Source of the DNA: Blastocystis sp. Blastoise
Taxonomy: Eukaryota > Protista > Bigyra: Opalinata
Direction: 5' to 3'
DNA: 64,000 nucleotides
NCBI GenBank assembly: GCA_039096225.1
Contig: JBBPEB010000004.1
Coordinates: 1,240,001-1,304,000 of the forward strand
The notes beneath the pieces are model-generated. The model saw nothing but the letters and a program-made list of their open reading frames with translations. It was not told where the DNA came from and ran no database searches. The translations under genes were made by a program, and so were the position numbers. Each line of letters starts with the position of its first letter. Position 1 is the stretch's first letter. Below are positions 42,792 through 57,657 of the stretch, one piece after another.

Positions 42792-44472
42792 GCATTGTTA
42801 GAAATACCCAAAAAATACCATAATTATTTTAACCTACCCAAAAAAAAAACGAATTGTTAGAAATACCCAAAAATATTTAAAATTTTTGTTAAAATACCCA
42901 AAAATTTTACAAAATTGTTAGAAATACCCAAAACTTTTTCAAGACTCTAAACGATTGGTACTTTGAAAACACAAATTTCTTAATAACCAATTAAAATTCT
43001 TTTTCTTTATTTTGTTAGAATTAGAAAAAAAAACTCCAGAATATTTTTATATTTGATTTATTATATTTCACAAGTGAAGCTTATACTATGTAAGACATTA
43101 AAAAAATTTAATAAATTCTCATAATAATGAAGAAAAATAACTATCTAAGTTAAAACCAGCATTTCATTTTACATATTTTATATAATTGCTAGAATTTTTA
43201 AACTAAATATAATATAAATATTTCAGATACTTTTATCAATTGACTGGAGTCATTTATAATGTAATAATATATAGTACTGCTCTCAAATAAAGCATTTAGA
43301 AAACAACAATGCTAATTTTCCTGATTTTTTGGTGATTTTCCTCTATAAAAATAATATTTGCAGTTATAAATCACCAAAAAATACATTTATTTATTTTTCA
43401 CTATATCTACACGACTAAAAAGTTAATTACTACAAATTGTCGGCAACTATGTCTGTATATAGACGAAAAACACATTTTCATTATTATTTTTTAATAATTA
43501 GACAATTGATTCAAGTCAGCCACAAGAAGATGTGGAAAATCGTTTTTGTATGAATAAGGTTGATTACAGTGACTTCAAAAATAGTGAAGAAATTAAGAAA
43601 TTTGAAAATGAAGAAACATATGGAGTACAAATTATGTACGAAAATAAGTCTAAACTCAAAAGTGATGTCTCAATTCAAATGCAAAAGCTAGGATATCCAA
43701 TTAAGGTTCAAAAATCAGAAAAAGGAAGAATTATTTACAAATGTTGTGTTTCCGATTGCCCGTTTATGCTTCATTTCCAAGGTGACGACGTTTCTGGATG
43801 GATAATGAAAAGATACTGTCATCATGACTCAACTGTATGTTATTTAATTAATTATTATAGTTTATACTTATTATTAATATAGAAATGCAATCGTTTTAAT
43901 ATGATTTACATTAAGCTTAACAAACAAAATAAAATAGATTATCAAATTATTAAGACAAGTAACTAAATATAAATATAATATATAATGTATATAATATTCT
44001 ATTATATACAGTGATAAAAAATCGAATTAAAAATCATCAATTTAATATAAGGTATATATATATATCAATATATAAATTGTGAGAGAGAAATCTATACATT
44101 GAATAAAGAAGGAAAAAGAGGAAAATAAATATATAGAGAGAAAAAAATGAAATACAGTAGTATATGTATGTGAAAAGTGTTATATATTAATTCAATGTAT
44201 GAGAGTAATAGAAGAAATATCCACCTATATATATAGAGAAAGGAAGATTATATAATATATACAGAGAGAAAGAAAGAAAGAAAAATTCTATTATATATAT
44301 AGTAAGAATGAAAGAAAGAAACATTTATGAATATATAAAGAGAGAACGACAGATATATATATATAGAGAGAGAGAGAGAAAGCGATAGAAAAAAATATCT
44401 AATATATATATATATATTGAGAGAGTAAGAGATGGAAGAGATAGAGAGAGATGCATAGAAAGAAGCAAAGAA

Positions 44473-44533
<61 letters not shown>

Positions 44534-47500
44534 TAAGTCTTAATCCAATGATTCTATCAAAAGATGCTAGTAATAGTAATGATCAAAATCATGAAGATGA
44601 AGCTGAGATACATGAAACTATCAATTTTACACACAATTCTCGGAGCTCAGATGCTAATTCTAATCCTACAAATACCCAAACTCTTCCTATCTTAGAAGAT
44701 CCATTCATATCTAGTAAAAATTCTGAAATGGTCATAGAAGATATAAATAAATCAAAGGATAATAATCATGAAGATGAAGAAAGTAGAACAATTGATATAG
44801 AATTGAATATTGAAGATACATCAATAGATAATGTGTTTTCTTATGAAGAACAAAATGAAGGAATTACAGAAGATAGATTTAATAATATATTTAAAGATAT
44901 TTCTGATAAATGTATATTTATTCAATATAAGTCACATAAATACAATCAAGATATAAGCTCAAATGATGTTGTGAGTTATTTAAAGGAAAATAATCTAGCC
45001 AAGTATTTCAAATCAATATCTCAGTTAAAACAATTCCTGGAGAAGAAGAATATCAGTGTTTCATATGAAATAGCAAGAAACGCCTTAAGAGAATTAGGTA
45101 TTAAGTCAACTAATGACTATAGTAAAATACCATGTATTATAAAAAGTATAATAAGCAAAGAAAATTATGCTATATATGGTTGCCTCCCTCCAGGATATAC
45201 ATATAAGAATATTAATGCTTATCCTTCTTCTTCTTATATTCAATCTAATATAGATGAGAATATAGTAGATAATCATTTAGAACAAGATGAAACTTTCAGA
45301 GTAAACTTGGAAGATAGTGTTCTGAATTATTCTGAAAATGATTCAGTTTGTAGTGGAAATAATTCCAATATGAATATACATGAAGAAATAAACATGGATA
45401 GAGAATTAAACAAAGCAGTAGGGAATAATAAAGTAATAAGTCATGAGTTTCTATATTCTTTTGTATCTATTAAATCAAATATAGCATTATATAAGAAGGG
45501 AAATAAAGCAGTAATCTTTATGGATGGAACTCATATGTATATGAATGATCATATCATATTAACTGCTATATCCATTACTATTAATAGACAAATACTTCTT
45601 CTTGCTTATGGTATATATGCTGTAGAGTGTTTAGCTACCTGGAGTGATTTCCAAACTAATCTGAAAAAAGCACTTGAACTCATGTCATGTAAAACTACAA
45701 ACATAACATTTTTCTCAGATATGGACAAAGGTCTCAAAGGAAGCCTAGGAGTAGTCTTTCCTGAATGCACATATATATCATGTGCATTTCATATTCTAAA
45801 GAAGATGACAAATGTGAATTCAAGAATAATAGGACTAATATCACAACTCATTCTAATTGATGATGAAGAAGAATTCTATAAGCTTATTAATGATTCTTCA
45901 ATAACAGAGAACCAGAAGAAGCAAATACTCTCACAAAGGGGAAAGAATATGTATAATATAGATCTACCACCTCATGTATCCAGATATGGATACATTGCCT
46001 CAAGTTTGGCCGAGTCATTTAATAATCTTATTAGTGACATAAGAGGAATGTCTATACAGAAGGTATTGTTTGAAATCTATAATCATGCAATTAATTATCA
46101 ACTGAAAATAAAAGAGGCACCTCATATATCATTCTTTCTTCCTTACTTTCAAAAAGAGTTTGATATGGCTGATATATTTGTTTCTAATGTGATATCATAT
46201 AAGAGTATAAATAAGGGTTTATATAGACTAGTAATGGAAGAAGAAAACCGTGAATACATAATTAATTTTGAACAGAATACATGTTCTTGTTCAATTTTTC
46301 AATACCAAGGTTATCCTTGTATACATGCTATTCTTCTATATAAAAAGTATAATAGCAGTGTTTCGTATAATCAACAAGGAATTGACGATTTCAATACTAT
46401 TGCCAAATACTTCATTCCATATAAGAACCATATGAATACTTATTATAATTATTATGTAGATAGGTAATGATATATATAATACATATTATATAAATATTTT
46501 TTTTTGTTATATATAGAAGAATAGATGATTCATGCTTGAAAGAAGAAAGTCACATAAATATTACAGGACCAAATAATCCAATTCGTAAATCAGGTCGACC
46601 ATCTAAGTTTAACTATTCTCATATAACATCTTATTATCTGAAAAATAAGTATTGGAAAATAAAGAACAGTATTCCAGCTTTGGAGTGTTTGAATGAGTGT
46701 GCAGTTGAAGCTGAAAAAGAGAAATATGAAGAAACTGATATTGCCTCAATTCCTACACTTGAAGATGTAGAATCATCAGAATATAGTTCGAAGAGAAGAA
46801 AGTAGTATTTTTTAAATGATAAGTCTATGTATATACTTATTATAATCTATAATACATATTAATTTTTTTACATTCCTAATAATATAAAATATTTTTAATT
46901 AATCATATTTAATATAAATGTCTTCTTATTTATAAGATCATTGTTTTGTTATTGATTCAAATATAATATCATATATGTCGTTGATATTGCAGATATTCAT
47001 ATTAAAGAGACTAAGACTAATAAAAAAGAATACTCATCAACGGATATAAATCCAAAATGAAACCAGCTAGAGTAATATGTATTACAAATTATTGCATATG
47101 CAAATAAATGAAAGAGGACAAGAATAAGAAGGAGAAGGAGAAGGACAAGGACAAGGACAAGGAGCAGAAGAAGAAGGATAGGATAAAGATAAGAAGAAGG
47201 ATAAGGATAAGGATAAGAAGAAGAAGTAGAAGGAGAAGGATAAAAAGGACAAAGATAAGGATAAGGATAGGAGAAAGAAATGACAAGAAGAACGATAAAA
47301 AAAGAGAATGGCAGAAATAAAAGAAAAAGAAGGAGAAGGAGAAGGAGAACAAGAAGGAAAATAAGAATAAACCAAGAATAAACATAATAAGGAAAACATC
47401 AATAGAAGGTAAGGATAAGTAGAATGAGAATGATTAGAAGTAGAAGCATAAGAATAATAATACGAAGAAGACGGAGAAAGAGAAGCATATGTGGGAGTAG

Positions 47501-48747
47501 AAGAAAAAGCATGTGAATAAAAATGGAAAAAGAAGAAACTAAAAAGAGAATAGAAGGAGAGGATCAAAATATGAATAAGAAGGAGAAGGATAAGAAGGAT
47601 AAGAATGACAAAGAGAAGGAGAATAAGAAAGAAAGAACGAGAAAGAGAAGAAGGAAAAAAATAAACAGAAGAAGAAAGAGAAGGAGGAGAAGAATGAGAA
47701 GAAAAAGAATAGGAAGGAGAATGACAAAAAAAAACAAGAATGACAAGAATGGCAAAAGGAAAAAGGAGAAGAAGACAAATTATAGAAGGAGGAGAAGAAG
47801 AAAAATTATAGAAGAAGGAGAAGAAGAAAGATTAAGAAGAAGGAGAAGAAGGAAAAGGAGGAATCAAAAGAAGGAGAAGGAGGAAGGAGAAGAAGATGAA
47901 AAAATAAAATTATAAGAAGAAAAAGTAGAAGAAGAAAGAGAAAGAGAAGAACCACAAAGAAAAGGGGGAGAAGAAAGAAATTATAGAAGTAGAAGAAGGA
48001 AAAGAAAAGAGAAAAAGGAGAAAGAGAATAAGGACAAGAATAAGGTAAAAGTAAAAGTAAAAGAATCAATAGAAGAAAAAGTATGAGAAGAAGAATATTG
48101 AAAAGGAGATAGAGAAGTAGACGAATAAGTTGAGATAAAATGAGAAAGAAGAAGAAATAAAAGTATGGTAGTAGAAACAGAAGTAGAAATAGGTAGAAAT
48201 AGATGGAAAAGGAAAATGAGAATCAGTAGAAGAAGAAGAAGAAGAAGAAGAAAATGAGAAAGAGAAGAAGAAGAATGAGAAATAGAATATAGAAATGAAA
48301 TAGAAGAAACAAGAATGAAAGAAGTAGAAGAAGAAAAAATAATACTAATAATACGAATGTGAATGAGAATAAGAAGAAGAAATAGAAGAATAGCAATAAT
48401 GGAATGAAAATGAAAAAAAAAAGAAGAAGAAAGAGAAATAGAAAAAGAAGAACAAGAAGTAGTTGTAATAGAAATGGATGTAGAAGCATAAAAAAGTAGT
48501 AGAAGCAAAAGTAGGAGTAAGAGTTGAAGTTGGAGTACAAGCGAAGTAGAATAGAAATATAAGTAGAAATATAAGTAGAAGAATGAGAAGTAGTATTAGT
48601 AATAGTGTAGAAGTCGAAATGGAAGAAAAAAATAACAGTAAGTAGTAGTAGTAGAAATATGAGTAGAAGAACAAGTATAAATAGAAGAATAAAGGAAAGA
48701 AGGAAAGAAGCTGAAGTAGAAGAAGTATAAGGAAAAGAAGGTAAATA

Positions 48748-48780
<33 letters not shown>

Positions 48781-51700
48781 TAAGGAAAAGAAGGTAAATA
48801 TAAGAATAATAATAATAATAGTAAGGAGAAGTAGTAAAAAAGAAGAAACAGAAGAATAAGGAGGAAGAGGAAATGAGATGAATAAAGAAAAGTAAAAAGA
48901 AGTAAAATATTGAGAAATAGAACGAGAAGTAAAAGAATAATAAAAAACAAACTTTAATAAGTATGGATAGAAGAAAAAGAAAAAGAAAAATAATGAGAAA
49001 TAGAATAAAGAGATTGAAAATGATAAGAAAAAGGAAAGCATGAAAGATAATAGGAATGAGAATAAGAAGAATAAGTAGAAGTATAAGGAGGAGTATAAAG
49101 AAAATGGAGATAAGGAGTAGAAGCAGAAGGAGAAGCTAAGGTTGAAGAAAAATAGAAAGGATGATAATAAGAAAGATAAAAGAAATAGAAGGAAAACGAG
49201 AGTGTGAAGTAAAATAAGAATAACAAAAATAAAAAGAAGCAGAAGGAAAACAAGAAGAACTAAATGAAAATGAGGAGAGGAAGAATTTGAAAAAGAAGAA
49301 ATATAATAAGAAGAATAAGAACAAGAAGAGGAATCACAAAAATAAAAAGAAAGATACTACAAATAAAAAGAATACTGAGGAAGACAAAATATAGAGTAAA
49401 AAATGATATAGAAGAAGCAGAAGATAGTGAATAAGGAGAAGAAGAAGATAAAGTAGAAGAAGAAGTAGATCGAGAAACAGAATAAAGGGAAATGAAAAGT
49501 AGAATGAAAATAAGTAAGAAAATAGGAATATATAAATAAGATGTAGAAGAAAAATTGAAGCAAAATGAGACGAATTTAGAATAAAACAGAATACGTTAAA
49601 TTAGAAGAATATGAAGAATAAAAAATGAGAAGCATACAAGTAGAATAATGAGAAATAGACAAGCCTGTAGAAGAAAGGCAAAAAAAGAAGAATCTGGAAA
49701 AAACAAGAATAAGAATAGAATAAGAATAAGAATAAGAATAAGAATGGAATAAAAACTGACTGAGAAAGTACTAGAAGTAGTAGAAGTAGTAGTAGTGTAA
49801 ATAGACTTAGACTTAGACTTAGAAGCAGAAGGAGAAGCACAATTATGTATGTATAAATAGAAGAAACAAAGTATAAGTAAAATAGGAAAAAGAAAAGGCG
49901 AATAGATGAAGTATAATTATAAATATAAATAGAAGAATGAGAAAGAGAATATGAATAAGAATAGATGAAGTATAATTATAAGTACAAATAGAAGAAGAAA
50001 TAGAAGAAATAGAAGAAAAATATAATAGGAATAAGGAGTAGAATTAAAAGAGTCTAATATAAATAATAATAAAAAGAAGTTATACTAGTATAAGTAGATG
50101 TAAAATGATGAATATAAGTTGATAAACAAGAAGTACTAGAAGTAGAAGAATAAGTAGAAGTAGAAGAAATCGAATTATAATAGAACTAAAATAAAAAGTA
50201 GACGAAAAAGAGTAGAAGTTCAAATTGAAGAATAAGAATTAATAGTAGTACGAGTACATGTAAAAGGAGAAGTGAACGTAGAAGGAGAAATAGTCATAAG
50301 TAGTGGTAGTAGAAGTAAAGAACAAGAAGAAGAAGAAGAAGGAAAACTAGAAAGTATAAGTAGAACTAGAAGTAGAAAAGAAAGTAGAAGTAGACGTGCA
50401 TGTATAAATAAAAGTAAGAATAGAAGCACGAGTACAATGATAAGTAGAATTAGAATAAGAATAAATACTAGTAGAAAGAAATAGGAATAAGAATAATAAC
50501 AAGTAGTAATAGAACTAGTAGTAGTAGTAGAAATTGGAATAAGAATGAAAGTAAGTAATAATATAAGTACAAGTAAACAAAAAGTATAAGTACAAGTAGA
50601 AATAGAAGAATAAAGTAATGAATGAAAAAAAACTGAAGAAGACGAAGTATAAGGAATAGAATAAGAACAGAATAAAAAAGGAATGAAAATAATAATAATG
50701 ATGTAAAAACGTGAAAAGAAGGAGAAGAATAAAGAAAAGGAAGAGAGACTATATAATTAGAAAGAGAATGAGAAGTAAAATAAGAAGAACAAGAACTAAT
50801 ATAAATAGAACGATAATAAGAAATAGAAGGAGAAGGAGAATATCAAAAAGAGAGTGAGAATGAGAAGAAAAAGGAAAATATGAAAGATAATAGGAATAAG
50901 AATAAAAAGGATAAGTAGAAGTACAACGAAGAGAAAGGAAAATGAAGAGAAGAAGTAGAAGCAAAAGGAGATGATGATGTTGAAGAAAAACATGTTGGAG
51001 AATAATAATAAACCACATAAGGAGAAACAAAAGGAAAAGAAGAATTTGATGTAAAATAATAAGTATATGAAAAAAGGAGAAGCAGAAGGAAAATGAGTAG
51101 ACTTAAACTGAGAATACATGACAGAGAATTTGAAAAAGAAGAAATAGGATGAGAATAGTAGGAAAAAGAGAGGAATGAGAATAAGAAATAGAATGACGAT
51201 ACAAATAAGAAGAAGAAAAAGAAAATATAGAGAAAAAAGATGATATAAAAGAATGAGAAGATAGGGAATAAGAAGAAGATAAAAAGTAGAAGAAGAAGAA
51301 GAAGAAGAAGAACCAAAGCTAGAACTAGAACAAAGAGAAGGAAAAGTAGAAGTTTAAAAAAGAAAGATAATAGGAGAAAAAGTAAGAATTAGAATAAGAT
51401 ATAGAAGGATAGTGAGAAGAATTTGGTGAAAATAGAATACGCAAAAGTAGAAGAATATATATAAATAAAAAGTGAGAAGTATACCAGCAGAGTAAGGAGA
51501 ACTAGACAAGAAAGTAGATACAAGTAAAAGAAGAATTTGGAGAACAATAAGAATAAGAATATGACTAAGAGAGTAGTAGTAGAACCATAAGAGAAGTATG
51601 AATAGATGTAAAAGTATAAATGAAGTAGAAGGAGAACAATAAGTATGAGTAGAACCATATGTATAAGTATAATGAGAATAAGAATAAAATAAGAAAGATG

Positions 51701-54700
51701 ACAATATGAAGTGTTAGTAGAAGGAAAATGAGATAAATAGTAGAATAAAAAGAAGAATATTAAGGAGAGAAAGTTTAGAAGTGGAAGGAGTACAATAAAA
51801 ATAAGAATGAAGTGAATAAGAATAGGAATAAGAAGAATAAAAAGGAGAAATGAAAATAGAAGGAGAAGAAAGAAGATATAAAGGAGAATAATAATAAGTA
51901 GAAGGAGAAATAAAAAATAAGTTTAATAAGAATGAAAATAAGAATAATAGAATAAATTGAAGATAGAAAAGTATAAGAAAAGAAGGAAGAAGAAGGAAAG
52001 TGATAAGATGAAGAATTAGAATAAATAATAAGAAAATGAAGAATACGAATAAGGAGTATGATAAGCAGAAGTGAATAAAAAGAATGAGAAATGGAAGGAC
52101 AATACTAATAATAATAATAAGAAAAAGAAGATACAAAAGGAGGAGGAGAAGAATGAAAAAAAGTTAAGGCTAACTAGAAGCAGAATAGTATAAAGATAAT
52201 GATAATAAGATTGTAGAACAAGAAATAGAAGTAGAATAAGAAGAGAAATGATTAGGAAGTATAAGTAAAGTAAGAAGAGAAAGATATCATGAATAAGAAG
52301 AGAAAGATATCATGAATAAGAAGAGAAAGATATCATGAATAAGAATAAGAATAAAAAATGAAGTAGAAATACAAGCAGAAATAGAAGTAGAATAAGAGTG
52401 TAAAAATAAGGTGAATAAGAATAAAATGTGGAAGATGAAGAAGTAGTAAAAGTTGAGTGAATAGTAAAGAGAAATGGAAAGTAGACACTAAGGCTTATGA
52501 AATGAAAACAAAGGAATAACACCAGAAATAAGAAGTAGAATTAGAATAAGAAGGAAATTAAGAATGAAATGCTGAAGTAGAAGAAGAATTAACAGGAGAC
52601 AAGAATAAGTAGAAGGCGAAGCAGAACGAGAATAAGCGTAAAAATAATAATAATTAAAGAATAATATCAATTAAAAGAAGGAAAATAGGAATGAGAAGTA
52701 AAATAGAAATTACAATAAAAAAAATAAGTAAAAGTAACTAGATAAGCAGAATGAAAATATGAATAGTATGATGAAGGGAAAGGAGAATGAGAAAGTCGCA
52801 TATGAAGGAAAGCGAGAAGTAGCACGAGGATAGTAATAAAAATAAGAAAGAGAAATTAAAAAATAAGGAGACGTGGAATAAGAAGGAGAAAGTGAGATAT
52901 ATGGAAAAACTAAATAAGAAACAAAATATTAAGTAAAATAAGAAGTAAAAAAAGAAGTAAAAAAAGAAGTAACAACAATATATGAAAAAGAAGAAGTTGA
53001 AGAAGTTGAAGAAGGAGAAGAAAAATAAGAATAAGAGAAATATATCTAAGAATAATAAAAAGAAGATGACAATAACAAGGAGAAGTAAATTTACAAGGAG
53101 AAAAAAAAAGAAAGGAAACATAAGTGAAGAAGGAGAATAAGGAGAAGTAGAATAAGATGTACAGGTGAAGAAGAATAAGTAGTAGACGTAAAGTAAGAAG
53201 AATAAGAATAAGAATGAAAGGATAAGAAGAAGGATAAGAAGAAGAAGAAGAAGAATGAAAAGGAAAGGATAATTAGAAGTATAATAATAAAATATAATAG
53301 TAGAATTCGTGAAGAGGTAATAGTTATGAAAACAAATAAAGAAAAATTAATATCTATACAAAAAAGAAGAAAAAGATGTAGTAAGAAGTGTATTAGAATG
53401 AAGAATGAAGAATGAAGAATGAAGAATGAAGAATGAAGAATGAAGAATGAAATTTTGTAAACCAAAAAATTTAATAAATAAAAGAATAATAAATTGCAAC
53501 TTTCCTAATAGACTAATAATATTTGTAATCAATTTTTTGTTTTATAGAAGAAACAATAAAAATACCACTAGGTCTAAAGAATATATAATATTATAAAAAT
53601 AGAATATTAATAATTATAATATAAAGAAAAAAATAACATATATATTATTAATAGTCAGTTAAAACAAACTAACTATATTATTAAATACATATATACCTTA
53701 ATAAAGACTTGAATCATCGCAATCTGATTCCCAAGTTGTGCTTAAATACGCTAAGATTCTATAAATAAATACGTAGAATAAATTAATAAAATTAATTAAA
53801 GTATAAACATATTAGAAAAACAACAAGATAGAAAAATAGGAGCTAATTCAATTATAAAAAGTATAATATAAAATTAAAAAAAGATAGGGATGCTATTAGA
53901 ATGATAGTGATGTATTAATAGCATAGACAAGAAATAGATATAGCAAAAAATAAACAAAATGAGAGAAAATGAAAAATATCTATATACCTTAGATTCATCA
54001 GTATTGTTTACCAAGACCTTTTGAATTGATCTGAAACCAGATGAAGTTTGTTTTGAGCATATAAACAAGAAATAACCCATTGATCAACTGATTACTATAT
54101 AAAATTAAATATTTGAAGAGAGTAAACTATATAATATATATATTTATAACTAGAAAACATACATAGATTCATTTTATATGCTTATAATGAAAATATATGA
54201 AATAAATCAATATTTGATTTTCAAGAAATAACCATTCTGAGGATGGAAACAGAGGAAAAACAGCCTAAATAGCGGAATTAATCTCTTCTATAGAAACTTT
54301 TTTGGGTTTCAGTGAACAAGTTTTAAAAATAATTTCTAGAGATTCAAAGTATGGTATAAAAAGTCTTCTTTGATATGGTCCCTATTCTTGGAGTCTTTCA
54401 GAATCACTTAAATCTTTGGAAAACCGTATTCAGCTACGGCTTAAATGAACTCCTAAAAAAGAATATTTTTTAAATATTATTATATGGATTATTTGCTTAT
54501 TTAGAAGGTTATTTTATTATTTATATTTATATTATATTTTATTAGGTAGATTATTATAGATTAGGCTTGAAATGAATCCAGATAATAAACCAATTAGTGA
54601 TTCATTCTTTCACGTATATACTTATTTGATTTACCATTATTTATATAGGTTTAGAAACATGATTTAGAGAGCCCGGTGGAGTTGGCTACAATATTGGAAG

Positions 54701-55894
54701 AAAACGCAATGATCGGAATTTCCTCTTTAAGAATATTCTTTGGTGTATGTTCTAGTGGTATATTATTTTGTTTTTTGTTTGTATATTTAATTATTTATTT
54801 AGGAAATTCAAAAGAAAAAAGTAATTGGTCTCCATCTACTAAGAAAATTGATGTCTAGGTCCTTCTTTTGATTTTTATTATTTTATTTTTTTATCAGAAG
54901 TATATATTTATGTTATTAATGCTATATTGTATCTAATTATATAGAAATGGCAAGTGATTATTGTTTTGGAATTTTTGTAACTTTTCGATTTCAGCACAAT
55001 TATCGAGTCCTTAAAAGTATATAAATATATTAAATAATTATTTTTTTCTATAGATATATGGAGTAAATTGATATGGTTATATATACAAAAAAAAATACTA
55101 GAAGAATATGGCTAAAAAGTATATATTTTTTTATTTTTATATTATTAAAATTATATATATTTGTTTAATTAAATTTGTATATTGTAGTTATTTATTTTTG
55201 TTATAACTGAGGCTCTAACATTGATATATGGTTCAAATATATATATATATATTTTTATTATTTATAAATTCTTAATATTTTATTAATTTATTATATTATT
55301 TTTCTATATAGGACTATTAATTATCATTCTTTTATTATAGTTTATATATATATATATGTATTATTTATTTTCGATATATTTTATTCTTATTCATATATAT
55401 AGTATTATTAAGCTATGTACTCATTAGCTTCTCTACATCAATACTATTATGTGACTAGGTATATTATATATATATTTAATTATTAGCATATTATTTTCTA
55501 TTACTTCTTAATATATATATATATATATTTATATATTAACTAGTATTTTTATATAGAGAATGTGACGTTTCCCTTATGTTATAAACTTCATGGTCATCAA
55601 TTTTTATATCTAAGGTATATAGTTTTTATATGTAAGTAATTGTTTTATTGTAGTATATTGTTTCACATTATTTTTATATATTATTCTATTTTCCGTACAA
55701 TAATTTTTTATTTTTTTTATATAATTTATATTATGTACCTATAATTACTAATAATATCCTATTGTTTATATTTCTGTTATTCATGTCTCTATAGTTTTAT
55801 TAGTTATATAAAAATATAACTAGTAAAACTGTAATTACATATATATATTATATAGGTGTTATATAAATATACGAATGTTGCTTTAGTTGAAGAA

Positions 55895-55977
<83 letters not shown>

Positions 55978-56863
55978 GTTATAGACTTTTATTGTATTCT
56001 TTTTATATTATTATTTTATACATTTTTCTCTCTATATAACATATTCACAGATATATTTACCAAATATATACTCTTTAGAAAATTGATATATGTTTTATTT
56101 TGGAAGTTGATAATATATACTAGAATCAGTTCATATCAATTGTTTATTCTTAAACTTTATATATATATATATATATTATTTATCAAAGTCAAAGTTATAT
56201 ATAAATAGAATAATGAAGAATTATCTATATATAGTGGTCTTTAGTTCTATTACTACATTATTTTTATGTATTTAAGGTATATATAAATATATTATATATA
56301 TACTTTTATATATACTTATTATATAAATATAAACTTATAGACTTATATATAGTAATATATCAGTTATCCTTTTATTTTTCTCATGAGTTTTTAAGTATAT
56401 AGTCTTTTTATCTTATTATATATATAATACATTTTTTATAATTGACACAAAAGGTAATATTATTTGTATATATAATTTTATCTCAACTATTCTTCTATTT
56501 TATTCTTTTATATCACTTTTTCTTTCTATAACTATATTATGTATTATCATTTTATAATATAATTTGTTTATAGTTAATTATGTATATATATGTAGTAACA
56601 GTAATAACTCTTCTTTTTATCTCTTTTGTTCAATTATACTAGTATATTTTCTATGATAATATATATACTTTGTATTTATCTCCTTTTATATATATTATCT
56701 ATTTATTTTGATACTAATTATATATACACTTAGTGTTATGTATACTACATTTTCTTTTTGTTTATAATACTATACTAATATCATTTTTATTATATATAGG
56801 ATTAAGGATATATATAATTGTTTTGAATGATTTACTTTTGTATTATGTTAAACCTTATTTTCT

Positions 56864-56906
<43 letters not shown>

Positions 56907-57624
56907 TTTTCTTTATATTTTCCAGCTTTCTTTTCTATTATATACATTTATACTCACTATAGTGTACTATTATTAATATATATAGTTTGTGAAGATATTA
57001 AATAGATTCTACGTAAAGAGTATGTATTTTAATTGTTTTAATACATATACATAATATGTTCCTATGTTATATTTAAATATATATATTTTTTACTTTATAT
57101 ATATATTTTTCTCATAATTACATATATGTATATATTCATATATATATATATATAGACTTGGTATTCCCTTAATTAATTCATGCCGTCTTATTCATTCATT
57201 TTATATATATAGTCTATAATCAGCTTTTATGAATTATTACAAATAATGTATACAATCCTTTTGTATGTATTTTATTTATATTTATATAGCTTGCTATGTA
57301 GTATTTTCTATTATAACAATATAATGTGTTTATTTTATTTATATATATATTAATTTTTTTTTAATCTATATATAGAACGTATCTTTAGCTTATCTTCTAT
57401 GTTCGTATACAACTTAATATAGATAGTATATATTGTATATATTTATTATATATATTGTTTGCTAATATTCTATTTTTAACTTTATTCTTAATTACATTAT
57501 ATTCTATTGTATATTGAAATAATCTTTTTATTCTACATGTTTTTATTATTTAGGTTAGTATTAATAGGTGTAATAGAGTATATATATATATAATTACAAT
57601 ATTTTTATAGTCTCTTTTCTTCAA

Positions 57625-57657
<33 letters not shown>

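Noticed and set aside
47042-47106. Cluster of small palindromes at the end of the purine tract as a fourth tRNA-like copy
   Set aside because: No T-arm (GGTTCRA..CC) and no closing acceptor stem; short AT-rich palindromes are expected by chance.
47082-53532. Many 60-270 aa F/L/S-rich or K/R/E-rich ORFs
   Set aside because: Overlapping in several frames and explained by polypurine composition; no domain features.
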